Origin: a virus
IMG/VR virus record: IMGVR_UViG_3300017991_000051
Coordinates: 105,253-169,252 of that record
Direction: 5' to 3' (one strand)
DNA length: 64,000 nucleotides
This document shows positions 47,379 through 55,795 of this stretch, piece by piece (the stretch's first letter is position 1; every line of letters begins with the position of its first letter). Below the pieces are notes generated by a model. It saw nothing but the letters and a program-made list of their open reading frames with translations, did no database searches and was not told the origin of the DNA. The translations under genes were made by a program, and so were the position numbers.

Positions 47379-47782
47379 TCCTCTTCCCTCCCCTTATCGT
47401 GCTCCGACACGTAGTCGTTCGCGTACGACCCGGCGTGGTACGTTTTGGGATTCCGTTTGCGAAACTCGTCACATGTCTTCTTCTCCGGATCCTCGATGCA
47501 TCCGCGGAAACGGCAGAACCACCGCCTGTCCTTGAACTTCATCTTGCTGCGGAGGTACTCACAAGCCGTACAGTGCTCGTCCTCTTTCTCCTCCAACGCC
47601 TTACGTATATCCTGTGCCAGTTGTACCGAAAACTCTCTGACTTCAACACACGCCCAACCTTCGGGAATCCACGCCCGCTTGAACTTACAACGCTCACGCG
47701 TAGCATTCAGCTTCTCCTCGATCAAACCCTCGAGTACACCCTCTTGCGTTTCACTAATCATTATTTCCTCCTCCACGAACAC
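47375..47782 (-). CDS. Hypothetical Cys-containing protein
   Basis: 135 aa ORF. Confidence 0.55.
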   Translation of the reverse strand: MFVEEEIMISETQEGVLEGLIEEKLNATRERCKFKRAWIPEGWACVEVREFSVQLAQDIRKALEEKEDEHCTACEYLRSKMKFKDRRWFCRFRGCIEDPEKKTCDEFRKRNPKTYHAGSYANDYVSEHDKGREEE

Positions 47783-47811
47783 TACCGCTCATTTTTCAGA
47801 AGCACCTACGG

Positions 47812-47884
47812 AGCACCAGGCGAGGCTCGAACTCGCGGTCTCCAGCATGGCACGCTGGCGCTCTGCCAATTAAGCTACTGGTGC
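47812..47884 (-). tRNA. trnG: tRNA-Gly(GCC)
   Basis: CCAGC-GTGCCAT-GCTGG, U discriminator, 3' end CCG rather than CCA. Confidence 0.85.
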
Positions 47885-48183
47885 TATTTGGATATGTACC
47901 ATACGCCGTTGCTGAAGACGACGGTGCGGGCTTCGCCATAAACGTGGTAGAAGTTAGTACCGCAGAGTGTAACCACACTGGCGTATGTGTTGGTGCGTGA
48001 AATGTAGCGCACAAGTGTCGGCACCGCGTTAGTATCAATATGCGCCGGCCACACATCATGGCCTGGGTTGCCGGGAACGACATCCCGGACAGATGAGATA
48101 CCTGCCACGATGTGGCTAACCGCTACTGCGCCCAGTATGGCCATCGCAAACAGCACCCACAGTATCAAACTTAATCCTTTCAT
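47884..48183 (-). CDS. Membrane/secreted small protein
   Basis: MKGLSLILWVLFAMAILGAVA; TN-rich. Confidence 0.6.
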   Translation of the reverse strand: MKGLSLILWVLFAMAILGAVAVSHIVAGISSVRDVVPGNPGHDVWPAHIDTNAVPTLVRYISRTNTYASVVTLCGTNFYHVYGEARTVVFSNGVWYISK

Positions 48184-48194
48184 ATTTCCTCCTT

Positions 48195-48271
48195 TGGCGG
48201 AGACGGCGAGACTTGAACTCGCACCGCCTTGATCGACAATCAAGTGCTCTAGCCTATTGAGCTACGCCTCC
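48195..48271 (-). tRNA. trnD: tRNA-Asp(GUC)
   Basis: CTTGA-TTGTCGA-TCAAG, G73, encoded CCA. Confidence 0.92.
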
Positions 48272-48272
48272 T

Positions 48273-48905
48273 CTACTCCGTAGTACCATATAATGGTATT
48301 TCCTGCGCCCGCTCGTTTAGCATTTTTGCTACGCCGTGGAGCGACTCGCAGACCGCAGCACCCCGTTTTCGTACGAGGGATGCCACCGCCTGCATGGATT
48401 TTATCTGTCCGGTCGTAAACGTATCCTTTTCGTCCACGCAAAGGAAGCAGAAAATGGTATGATCAGGATTCTGTACAGCATCCTCCACCAGTTCCGCGAC
48501 CGCGTATACGCCCGTCATCTTCGATGTAAGTACGTAGAGGTAGTAGTTGCATACTTCCTCCCGTTGCCGGATCTCCTCCTTCTGACACTCCGGAGTCCAG
48601 TCATCGACCACGGGGTTGAAATAGGAGAGGTTCTCCGTATCCAACATCTTGATCAGATCGTCACGCCACTTCGATCCGTTACAGGTCCCGCCGAGGAAGA
48701 CACGGACGCGCTTGGCGTCCGGATCCTGCTCCAACAGGCGCCGCATTGCATTCAGTTCATTACGACGCTGGTCGTATACGTACTGACTGCGGACTTCGGT
48801 AGCATCCATACTCCCCGTCGCAGGGTGATGCTCTCTCAGGTGTTCCCTCAAATCATACTCGGGAACCAAGTCGTCACAGATCTTACACACGAAGTATTTC
48901 GGCAC
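48273..48905 (-). CDS. C2H2-finger + nucleoside 2-deoxyribosyltransferase-like protein
   Basis: CKIC..HLREHH; VFLGGTCNGSKWR..YFNPVVDDW..AVAE. Confidence 0.75.
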   Translation of the reverse strand: MPKYFVCKICDDLVPEYDLREHLREHHPATGSMDATEVRSQYVYDQRRNELNAMRRLLEQDPDAKRVRVFLGGTCNGSKWRDDLIKMLDTENLSYFNPVVDDWTPECQKEEIRQREEVCNYYLYVLTSKMTGVYAVAELVEDAVQNPDHTIFCFLCVDEKDTFTTGQIKSMQAVASLVRKRGAAVCESLHGVAKMLNERAQEIPLYGTTE

Positions 48906-49358
48906 TTATCCTCCCAGTAGTGAAAATGCAACCCACATCAGTATGAGGTGCATGGTGTTGTCGACTGCAATGTACACGGGCGCGACGAAGAAGGCCCTCG
49001 GACTGAATGCCTCGACCTCTACCTCGCCGTACGACGCCTTCCGTGTACGCATCACGGCCCCGAAGCTGGTCTGCTTGATCAGCTTCCCCCACCAGGCCGC
49101 CAGACTCCAGCGGTCGATCGGGAAGTGGGTAACATATGCCACGACGAATGCGACGGGCCACGAGAGCCCGGGATCGAACGTACGCCATCCGGCGACGACG
49201 ACACACGTCGCCACCGCCGTCGAGTACAGAAAACAATGCAGCGCGCACCCCGCCTGCCCCGCGTAACTGTGTTTCGACTTGTTCACGGCTTGGTAGTCAT
49301 TTTGTAGGATGTAGTCTCCCACAAGATGGCCGATGAGTAGCGCTATGTTGTTGTACAT
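48906..49358 (-). CDS. DUF3307-like membrane protein
   Basis: HLVGDYILQ..H..THFPID..DNTMH. Confidence 0.7.
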   Translation of the reverse strand: MYNNIALLIGHLVGDYILQNDYQAVNKSKHSYAGQAGCALHCFLYSTAVATCVVVAGWRTFDPGLSWPVAFVVAYVTHFPIDRWSLAAWWGKLIKQTSFGAVMRTRKASYGEVEVEAFSPRAFFVAPVYIAVDNTMHLILMWVAFSLLGG

Positions 49359-49367
49359 ATGTCCTCC

Positions 49368-49802
49368 CTACGCTGGTTGATTCACGAGTCCGGGCGTACC
49401 GGACGCCACCGCATCGTTGATCCTGTCGAACAGGCCCTTCACCTTGCGCCCAACGCCCTTCCCCCCGTTCGCCCGCGCCGCACGTACGATCTCCAACTCC
49501 TGCTCGAGAATTGGAACACGATCCGAGTCTCGATCCTCGTCGTGAGTGAAGAGATCGATCAAACACTCGCCCTCCTGTTCTGCCCACGCCAGATACTTGT
49601 CGGGTACAATCATTCCGTGATCGAGCAACCACACCACGACGCCGAAGCGCGCCCGCGGATAAAACGAACACGCTTCGGCACGCAATACATCGTGCATGCA
49701 CTTCTCCACGTGCCGCTGTTGCGGTTTATGGATATCCGGAATCGAATGCATTAGATCCCAGCAGGCATCACTACTACAACTTTCAGGCCCCCATGCACCC
49801 AT
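49368..49802 (-). CDS. Hypothetical protein (DUF4259-like MGAWG start)
   Basis: MGAWG..SSDA.WD N-terminus. Confidence 0.5.
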   Translation of the reverse strand: MGAWGPESCSSDACWDLMHSIPDIHKPQQRHVEKCMHDVLRAEACSFYPRARFGVVVWLLDHGMIVPDKYLAWAEQEGECLIDLFTHDEDRDSDRVPILEQELEIVRAARANGGKGVGRKVKGLFDRINDAVASGTPGLVNQPA

Positions 49803-49805
49803 TTA

Positions 49806-50039
49806 CTATTTCTCCTTCAGTTTCACATCTTCCAATTTGTCGGGGAAGCAGCCGCATGCCTCTTCCTCCACCCACTTCTCATCAGCCCACACTTCCTCGA
49901 AGTCCGACAGCGTGGCGTCCGGCACAGCCTCCTGCAGGTCAGGAATGAGCCGCAGGCTGTGACCACCGACGCTCACCTTGCCATCGATGTACAGTTGTTC
50001 CCAGTCGTCACACTTGACGATCACATACTTCTTCATCAT
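49806..50039 (-). CDS. Hypothetical protein
   Basis: GGAGG SD; DDWEQLYIDGK. Confidence 0.6.
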   Translation of the reverse strand: MMKKYVIVKCDDWEQLYIDGKVSVGGHSLRLIPDLQEAVPDATLSDFEEVWADEKWVEEEACGCFPDKLEDVKLKEK

Positions 50040-50304
50040 GATACCTCCGATAATTTGATATTGCATAATGCAGCTGTCGGCGCCATATGCCAATCGCCGC
50101 CGCCCGCCTCGCCAGCTCCTTGAACACATTACGTGCGTTCTGTTCGATCAGCCCGTGTTCGCGTGATGTGGCGGGCATGATCCCGCCATTTCTTATCGGT
50201 CCGGTACAGACGGTACGATCGTACTCCTCCGTCCGCCGATGATACTCCTCTGCCAACGCCTGTAGTTCAAGACTCGGTTGAAAGAATACTCCGTCAATTT
50301 GCAT
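50008..50304 (-). CDS. Hypothetical protein
   Basis: GGAGGAGG SD after tRNA-Pro. Confidence 0.55.
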   Translation of the reverse strand: MQIDGVFFQPSLELQALAEEYHRRTEEYDRTVCTGPIRNGGIMPATSREHGLIEQNARNVFKELARRAAAIGIWRRQLHYAISNYRRYHDEEVCDRQV

Positions 50305-50328
50305 GATCCTCCTCCAAAGTTCTGTTTG

Positions 50329-50404
50329 TCGGGGCGGCTGGATTCGAACCAGCGATCCCAAGTTCCCAAAACTTGTGCGATAAACCCGGCTTCGCTACGC
50401 CCCG
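50329..50404 (-). tRNA. trnP: tRNA-Pro(UGG)
   Basis: CAAGT-TTTGGGA-ACTTG, C1:G72; CCA not encoded. Confidence 0.9.
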
Positions 50405-50622
50405 ATAGGTTTGACCTCGCCGGATTCCACGAGAGCGGCTACCCGCTTCTCCTCCTCGGCAACGGTCTCCTTCGCGCGCTGAAGACTGCGCTTTGCCTCC
50501 GTCACCCTGTCTTCAGCACGCTTGACTCTATCACGTTCACGCTTCGCATGTCCAAAGTAAAATCCGGCATCCCACCGGCCATGCTTATGCAACGTGCTCG
50601 AGCTGACTACTCCGCACTTCAT
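50395..50622 (-). CDS. Coiled-coil hypothetical protein
   Basis: ATGA-coupled; its stop lies inside tRNA-Pro. Confidence 0.6.
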   Translation of the reverse strand: MKCGVVSSSTLHKHGRWDAGFYFGHAKRERDRVKRAEDRVTEAKRSLQRAKETVAEEEKRVAALVESGEVKPIGA

Positions 50623-51062
50623 TTCTTGATATCCTCCTCCGGCACCCACAACCAAGCGGCCACGAAGGCGCCGGGGTCGCTGCCGTAGCTGACGCCGGCG
50701 TTGCCATCAACCGCTATGTCGTCACTGCCGTAGCGTTTACGGGCAGCCTCCCGATACGCCTTGGTCTTATCCGTCTCCTCATTCAGCTTCCGCTGCTCCT
50801 CGAGGATGGCACGTCGTTCTTCCTCCAGTTTCTTCAAGTCGATATCGAAGAAGCGGGCAAGAAGCTGCTCTCTTGATTCTGTGTCCGGCATGGCGTCAGC
50901 AATAGCGTCACCAAGCTGTATATCCTTATCCTCCAGCCAGTCAAAGAATTCGTTCAGTTCCGGATACCCGTGCTCGAGGGCCCAAGCCCACTTCGCACAC
51001 TCCGGATACTTCTCCTTGTCGGCATGCTCCTCCGCCAGTGCATCAACGTCTTGCTCAGCCAT
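50619..51062 (-). CDS. Hypothetical protein
   Basis: GGAGGAG SD; C-terminal GAFVAAWLWV motif. Confidence 0.65.
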   Translation of the reverse strand: MAEQDVDALAEEHADKEKYPECAKWAWALEHGYPELNEFFDWLEDKDIQLGDAIADAMPDTESREQLLARFFDIDLKKLEEERRAILEEQRKLNEETDKTKAYREAARKRYGSDDIAVDGNAGVSYGSDPGAFVAAWLWVPEEDIKK

Positions 51063-51351
51063 CCGCTTTCTCCTCCAACGCCGAAAGGGGAACACAACCA
51101 AGGTGGAAGGCGTAACCGTTCCGAACGTATATACGTACTTTACAATTCAACTCCCGCGACATACCATCAATCTCATCAAGTGCATCGACCACGCCGACCG
51201 GCGTGCCTTTCTCCACCAGTAGCCAGTCATGCCTCGCAAGCGGCGGGAGTCTATTCAAGGCAATCCACTGCCGTTGAAGAAGCGACCGTACCTCCGCTAT
51301 ATCCAACAGTTCTATCACATGCTTCGGCCAATCATTTTCGCCAGCCATCAT
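51055..51351 (-). CDS. Hypothetical protein
   Basis: AAGGAGG SD. Confidence 0.55.
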   Translation of the reverse strand: MMAGENDWPKHVIELLDIAEVRSLLQRQWIALNRLPPLARHDWLLVEKGTPVGVVDALDEIDGMSRELNCKVRIYVRNGYAFHLGCVPLSALEEKADG

Positions 51352-51357
51352 ACCTCC

Positions 51358-51537
51358 TTATACCGGCAGCACCGTCGCAGTGCCCGCCTCCGTGTCAACC
51401 TCAACCGTCAGGTACTCTCCGTACCTGACCCACTTGTCACACGCCTTGTGGATCTCCACCTCGTAATCCTCCAGCCCGTCCTGCTCGATGGCGTCATCCA
51501 CCACGTCCGGCGTCTTGAATGTCAAACGCACCTTCAT
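51358..51537 (-). CDS. Hypothetical protein (59 aa, below the track cut-off)
   Basis: MKVRLTFKTPDVVDDA..EYLTVEVDTEAGTATVLPV; AAGGAG SD. Confidence 0.6.
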   Translation of the reverse strand: MKVRLTFKTPDVVDDAIEQDGLEDYEVEIHKACDKWVRYGEYLTVEVDTEAGTATVLPV

Positions 51538-51579
51538 TTTCGCTCCTTTTGTGCAGATTGTTTACTATACTACACAATT

Positions 51580-51885
51580 TCAGTCGTTATTGTTTACTTC
51601 AAGATATTTCTTTGCCACCTCATACGCCTCACAGACATGGAAGTCCCGCGGCGCGTGCTCACCGGACATCGCCGTAGCCAGCATCCGGGCGACGAACTTT
51701 AAATCCTGTACTTTACGACGCAACGCGAAGATAAGCGGCCACTCGGCCGCCCACTCTGTTGTACCACAGTCACAATATGCGAAGGGCTCATCCACATCAT
51801 GTACGTACTCTTTCAAACATCGCGGACATATGCCCGCTTCGGCTAAGCGATCCCGTAACCGGTCCGATTCAGCTTCTGCTTCCAT
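51580..51885 (-). CDS. Zn-finger hypothetical protein
   Basis: CPRC..CDCG. Confidence 0.55.
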   Translation of the reverse strand: MEAEAESDRLRDRLAEAGICPRCLKEYVHDVDEPFAYCDCGTTEWAAEWPLIFALRRKVQDLKFVARMLATAMSGEHAPRDFHVCEAYEVAKKYLEVNNND

Positions 51886-52396
51886 TCTCTACCTCCCCCG
51901 CACCGCGCGGTAGTCCAACCTTATCCCATACCTCATCGGGCAGAAAGCACATACGCTTCCGGCAAATCTGATCGGCCAGTTCCGGCTGCGTTACGAGCCG
52001 CCGAAGGGCTTCCTCCTTCATGATCACCCATCCGCCTGTACGGTAGGGATTCTTCTCACCAACTTGATCGTCACGAACGGAGACGAGGATGATCCCCTTC
52101 TTCATATGCCCTTGACATTCTTGGCATATGCCGTTCTGCTCAATCTTCTCCGTATCGCGGAGTTCCTCACGCTCCCAGCCATCCCAGCCGATCTTTGCGT
52201 TGCCGCATTTCGGACACTTGTCGTTCCGCTTGACGCCACCGAAAACCCATGTGTCACATTGAGGACACTTCTCTTTGTAATTCTTGGTGCCCAACAGGGC
52301 TATCGAATCGTCTTTCCGCTCTCCGCACGCGAAGCAGCAGATGGTGATGAGCCGCGGGTTGACCCCCAGCTCCTTATGCAATGAAATACTCGACAC
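51869..52396 (-). CDS. Multi-CxxC hypothetical protein
   Basis: Four CxxC pairs. Confidence 0.65.
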   Translation of the reverse strand: MSSISLHKELGVNPRLITICCFACGERKDDSIALLGTKNYKEKCPQCDTWVFGGVKRNDKCPKCGNAKIGWDGWEREELRDTEKIEQNGICQECQGHMKKGIILVSVRDDQVGEKNPYRTGGWVIMKEEALRRLVTQPELADQICRKRMCFLPDEVWDKVGLPRGAGEVENGSRS

Positions 52397-52572
52397 TACT
52401 TGATGCTCCTCCTCACTTTCCTCAGATCCGCATGTTTGCTCAGTCCGTGGAATATCCGACGGCCTTCCGACATAGATCGGATCAGATCCTCATCTCGTGC
52501 CGCCCGGGCAAACGCTTCCGATGTTGGGTGTGCATGCCTCAACTCGCGAAGACGGTCCATCACATCACTCAT
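52396..52572 (-). CDS. Hypothetical protein (58 aa)
   Basis: Own translation MSDVMDRLRELR..; fills the gap exactly. Confidence 0.45.
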   Translation of the reverse strand: MSDVMDRLRELRHAHPTSEAFARAARDEDLIRSMSEGRRIFHGLSKHADLRKVRRSIK

Positions 52573-52864
52573 TGTTTCTTTTCCTTTCTCCCAACGGGTT
52601 TGACGTAATAACGTAACGGGTGTAACACGATATACAAAGCCGCTCTACCTCCCTGTCGGATCCCACGTCAAGTTCGGTAAGTTGGTGCGGTTTCCCGCAC
52701 CGGCGGCATATCGTGGCATCGCCATCCGAACAGTAGACAGGAGGCGCATCCGGCTCCATATAGTCCAGCTCCGGATCATCCACGTTCTCGCAATGTAAAA
52801 CCTGCGTATGGCCGTCGCCGACCATCGTGCCCCCGCATACGGGGCATACATGACTCCTGTCCAT
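52565..52864 (-). CDS. Zn-finger hypothetical protein
   Basis: CPVC, CRRC and CISC motifs. Confidence 0.6.
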   Translation of the reverse strand: MDRSHVCPVCGGTMVGDGHTQVLHCENVDDPELDYMEPDAPPVYCSDGDATICRRCGKPHQLTELDVGSDREVERLCISCYTRYVITSNPLGERKRNNE

Positions 52865-52874
52865 AATCCTCCTC

Positions 52875-53063
52875 CTAGTCTCGGCTATCCATCAACAGCT
52901 TATTCATACGCTCGCGGCACCGTCTGCACGCCTTTTCCGGCAGCCGAATAAAGGCCACCATATCCGCCTTGTACCCGTGTGTGCCGCAAAGCGTCCCGCT
53001 TGTGTCCGGCGCCGGCGGGTGCAACTTACCCGGATACCGCTGAAGCACACTGAGTCCGTGCAT
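52875..53063 (-). CDS. Hypothetical protein
   Basis: GGAGGAGG SD; H..C..CRRC. Confidence 0.55.
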   Translation of the reverse strand: MHGLSVLQRYPGKLHPPAPDTSGTLCGTHGYKADMVAFIRLPEKACRRCRERMNKLLMDSRD

Positions 53064-53094
53064 GGTCCTCCTCCAATAGGTAATTGAAAATGGT

Positions 53095-53173
53095 TGGTTG
53101 CGGGGATTGGATTCGAACCAACGACTGACCCAGCTTATGAGGCTGGCGAGCTACCTGACTGCTCTACCCCGCA
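53095..53173 (-). tRNA. trnM: tRNA-Met(CAU), initiator-like body
   Basis: TGCGGGG acceptor, A11:U24, anticodon loop CTCATAA, encoded CCA. Confidence 0.85.
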
Positions 53174-53218
53174 ATGTAAGAATGGTCCAATAGATTATGC
53201 CCTGATAGGCACGGACCT

Positions 53219-53494
53219 TTAATCCTTGTCCGTGATCTTGTGAATAGCGACCCACATCGCGAAACACGCCGGATTGTCACAGTAGACCTGCCGGGTGTTA
53301 CCATAGCCGGGAGCTATACATCCAAGATTTTCGGTGGTGATCACCGTCTTGCACGTTGGGCATACGACCTTACCCGACTTGTCGGGGCCATAGACGAAAG
53401 TCTTCCCCTTCCGTGTGTAGGTCCGGAAACCGAACCCGCGGAGGATCTTCCTGACGTCGCCCTTGTTGAATACTACAAAATTCGTCGGTTTCAT
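53219..53494 (-). CDS. Zn-finger hypothetical protein
   Basis: CPTC..CDNPAC. Confidence 0.6.
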   Translation of the reverse strand: MKPTNFVVFNKGDVRKILRGFGFRTYTRKGKTFVYGPDKSGKVVCPTCKTVITTENLGCIAPGYGNTRQVYCDNPACFAMWVAIHKITDKD

Positions 53495-53501
53495 AACGCA
53501 C

Positions 53502-53576
53502 CTACATAACAGTGACGGTGATGATCCGGCGCCGAACGTGTCGCCGGCGCTTCATGGTTCTCTTCTTCGCGGCCAT
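53502..53576 (-). CDS. 24-aa Arg/Lys-rich micropeptide
   Basis: MAAKKRTMKRRRHVRRRIITVTVM* with AGGAGG SD. Confidence 0.45.
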   Translation of the reverse strand: MAAKKRTMKRRRHVRRRIITVTVM

Positions 53577-53625
53577 TGGTTCCTCCTGTGTCTATGTTAA
53601 CCTACATCAAGTAGGTTAACATATG

Positions 53626-53910
53626 TTAATCCCGTTTGTCACTCTTGGTCTTCACACAGTTGAAGCGTTTGTCCAGCTCCTCCTCCGTCGGAACGTACCC
53701 GAAGTCGGCTATGACGTGGAGTTCGGCGGCCTGCGCGGCCTTATCGCCCCACTTTTTTCTTACCTCCTCGATGCCCTCCGCATGGTGGCGGAAGGCGCGG
53801 TGGTAGTTCAGGTAACCGGGCTTCGCAAACTCATCGAGCCAGCGGTGGACTACTTCCCACTTCTTGCCCAGCTTGGTCTCGCATTCCTTGCAATGATCAG
53901 CGTATTTCAT
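53626..53910 (-). CDS. His-rich hypothetical protein
   Basis: VHRWLDEF..HRAFRHH..HVIADFG. Confidence 0.65.
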   Translation of the reverse strand: MKYADHCKECETKLGKKWEVVHRWLDEFAKPGYLNYHRAFRHHAEGIEEVRKKWGDKAAQAAELHVIADFGYVPTEEELDKRFNCVKTKSDKRD

Positions 53911-53920
53911 AAGACCCTCT

Positions 53921-53996
53921 TGGCTCCAGCGGGAGGGATCGAACCTCCAACCTGACGGTTAACAGCCGCCCGCTCTACCGGTTGAGCTACACTGGA
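53921..53996 (-). tRNA. trnN: tRNA-Asn(GUU)
   Basis: GGCGG-CTGTTAA-CCGTC, U1:A72, G73, encoded CCA. Confidence 0.95.
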
Positions 53997-53999
53997 TTA

Positions 54000-54254
54000 T
54001 CATGACATGCCGGCCATTGCCTCGCAAAGTTTCCGGCACGTAGCCAACTGTTCATCGTCCAACTCCGGGCGCCCAACCATACTATCCGATCCACGGAAGA
54101 AGTCAACCAGCTTTCGCAGCTCCGCGCTCTCACCCTCCGGAACCGTCCGGAAGGCAAGAACCTCATAGTCGTAGAGAGCATAATCCGCGCCAGTTTTCAG
54201 GATAGTCGCCAACGCCTTCGGGCTCTCCACTTCAATCGTCACGTTCAGCTTCAT
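54000..54254 (-). CDS. Hypothetical protein
   Basis: ATGA-coupled, GAGGAG SD. Confidence 0.55.
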   Translation of the reverse strand: MKLNVTIEVESPKALATILKTGADYALYDYEVLAFRTVPEGESAELRKLVDFFRGSDSMVGRPELDDEQLATCRKLCEAMAGMS

Positions 54255-54469
54255 GTCAGCAACTCCTCTCCGTCGCGATAGCACTGTCCGGTATGGATCT
54301 CGTTGACGCACACATCATCCCGCAGCTCATCCCACGTCATCGTCGCATGCGTCTGCGTACAGTGTGTCAGCCAACCCTCCTTCAGGGTCTGGAGTGCCAG
54401 TGCCTCGGTCTCCCCGTAGGCATCGAAGTCCCAATGCCTCGTCTCCACATGTGCGTGCCATAACGTCAT
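54251..54469 (-). CDS. Hypothetical protein
   Basis: 72 aa ORF. Confidence 0.55.
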   Translation of the reverse strand: MTLWHAHVETRHWDFDAYGETEALALQTLKEGWLTHCTQTHATMTWDELRDDVCVNEIHTGQCYRDGEELLT

Positions 54470-54472
54470 AAC

Positions 54473-55783
54473 CTAACTCCTCTCGCTCCACAACACCCGC
54501 GCCTTCTGGCAGCAGATATCCTGGAATTGAGCGCCCGTCGTATCCGGATGTGCATCCACGATCGGCATCCACGTGCTCTCGGGGAGATCCCCGAGGATCC
54601 GCTTCGCCATCTTGTGGCGGCCGGCTTCATCCAGCGTGTCGAAGTGCACGATGCGGTCGATACGGCCCGGACGGGTCGCACGCCCGTTCCCGCTCGCCAA
54701 AGCGGGATCCACCGTCTCCAAGTGGTTGGTGGTGATGATCGTGAGCACTCCCTCGGAATTCTCCGCCCCGTCCAGCATACTCAGCAGGCAGTTGAACGTC
54801 AGCCCCGGCCGGTCTCCCAGCTTGGCCACGTTCTCCGACTTGTTGAACACTGCGTGGAGGTCATCGACGAAGAAGATGCATGGGGACCAGTCCATCATCC
54901 GCCGCCAAGCCTGCACGAAGTCCTTGTTCGACATCGTAGCCAGATCGAAGACGAATATGGGCATATTCAGGGTCTGTCCCATTGCTCGGGCGAGCAGGGT
55001 CTTACCGGTGCCGGGCATTCCCTCAAACATGAGTCCCAGCTTCCACGGGATACCCCGCGCCTTGAACCACTCCTCGCTCTCCCGCCAGTACCTCGCGGCC
55101 TCGAACGCCGCATACCCCTCCGCCGACAGACATACGACGTCTATCGCCTCCGGCTTGTACGGTTGCCCGATCTGCTCGACGGTCCATCCCAGCGGCAACG
55201 AAGTATACTTGTCGGCCTTACCGGCGTGATCCTTCTCGTCCTCCGCCGTGGTTGAACCGCTGTCCCCATCAGACTTCGAGCTGCCACCGCCTCCGAAGTT
55301 GACGACGGAAGTCTCACCCACCGTCCCCTGCTCCCTTATGATGAAGAAGCGATTTCCACCCTCCGCATCCGTCATCTTCTGCGCATTGAAGAAGTTAACG
55401 GCATCGATGCAGAGTTGCTGGGGGTTGAACATACCGCGGATGAAGACCACCTTCACCTGCGACCACGTACGGGAGGCGGACAGCCAGCGGCCGCCCTTCC
55501 ACCACGTCGTAGCCTTCTGGGAGATGCGCTGCAGCGCTATCAGCTGATTCCGCTGTTTGGGGCGGACGTACTCGTTGTAGCCCGTGATATCCACGTCACC
55601 AATTCGCGATCGCTTGAACTGGTGGGTGAGATACATGGCCATCGCATAACCCGCCTGGTCCTCCACCGTCATCGTGATCACGAAGACGGAGTAGAAGCGG
55701 TGAAACAGCGCCTTCAGCTTCTCCCAGCCGGCGGCTATGACGCCTATGATGGCGGCACCCCCCAACACATTCGTCGAAATCAT
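54473..55783 (-). CDS. BCS1-like membrane-anchored AAA+ ATPase
   Basis: N-terminal TM; RGIPWK.G.MFEGMPGTGKT; ITTNH; RPGRID. Confidence 0.85.
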   Translation of the reverse strand: MISTNVLGGAAIIGVIAAGWEKLKALFHRFYSVFVITMTVEDQAGYAMAMYLTHQFKRSRIGDVDITGYNEYVRPKQRNQLIALQRISQKATTWWKGGRWLSASRTWSQVKVVFIRGMFNPQQLCIDAVNFFNAQKMTDAEGGNRFFIIREQGTVGETSVVNFGGGGSSKSDGDSGSTTAEDEKDHAGKADKYTSLPLGWTVEQIGQPYKPEAIDVVCLSAEGYAAFEAARYWRESEEWFKARGIPWKLGLMFEGMPGTGKTLLARAMGQTLNMPIFVFDLATMSNKDFVQAWRRMMDWSPCIFFVDDLHAVFNKSENVAKLGDRPGLTFNCLLSMLDGAENSEGVLTIITTNHLETVDPALASGNGRATRPGRIDRIVHFDTLDEAGRHKMAKRILGDLPESTWMPIVDAHPDTTGAQFQDICCQKARVLWSERS

Positions 55784-55795
55784 TTAACACCCTCC

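Noticed and set aside
53987-54181. A fourth ORF ending at tRNA U8-A9-G10 (tRNA-Asn)
   Set aside because: It lies out of frame within the better-supported 54000-54254 gene.
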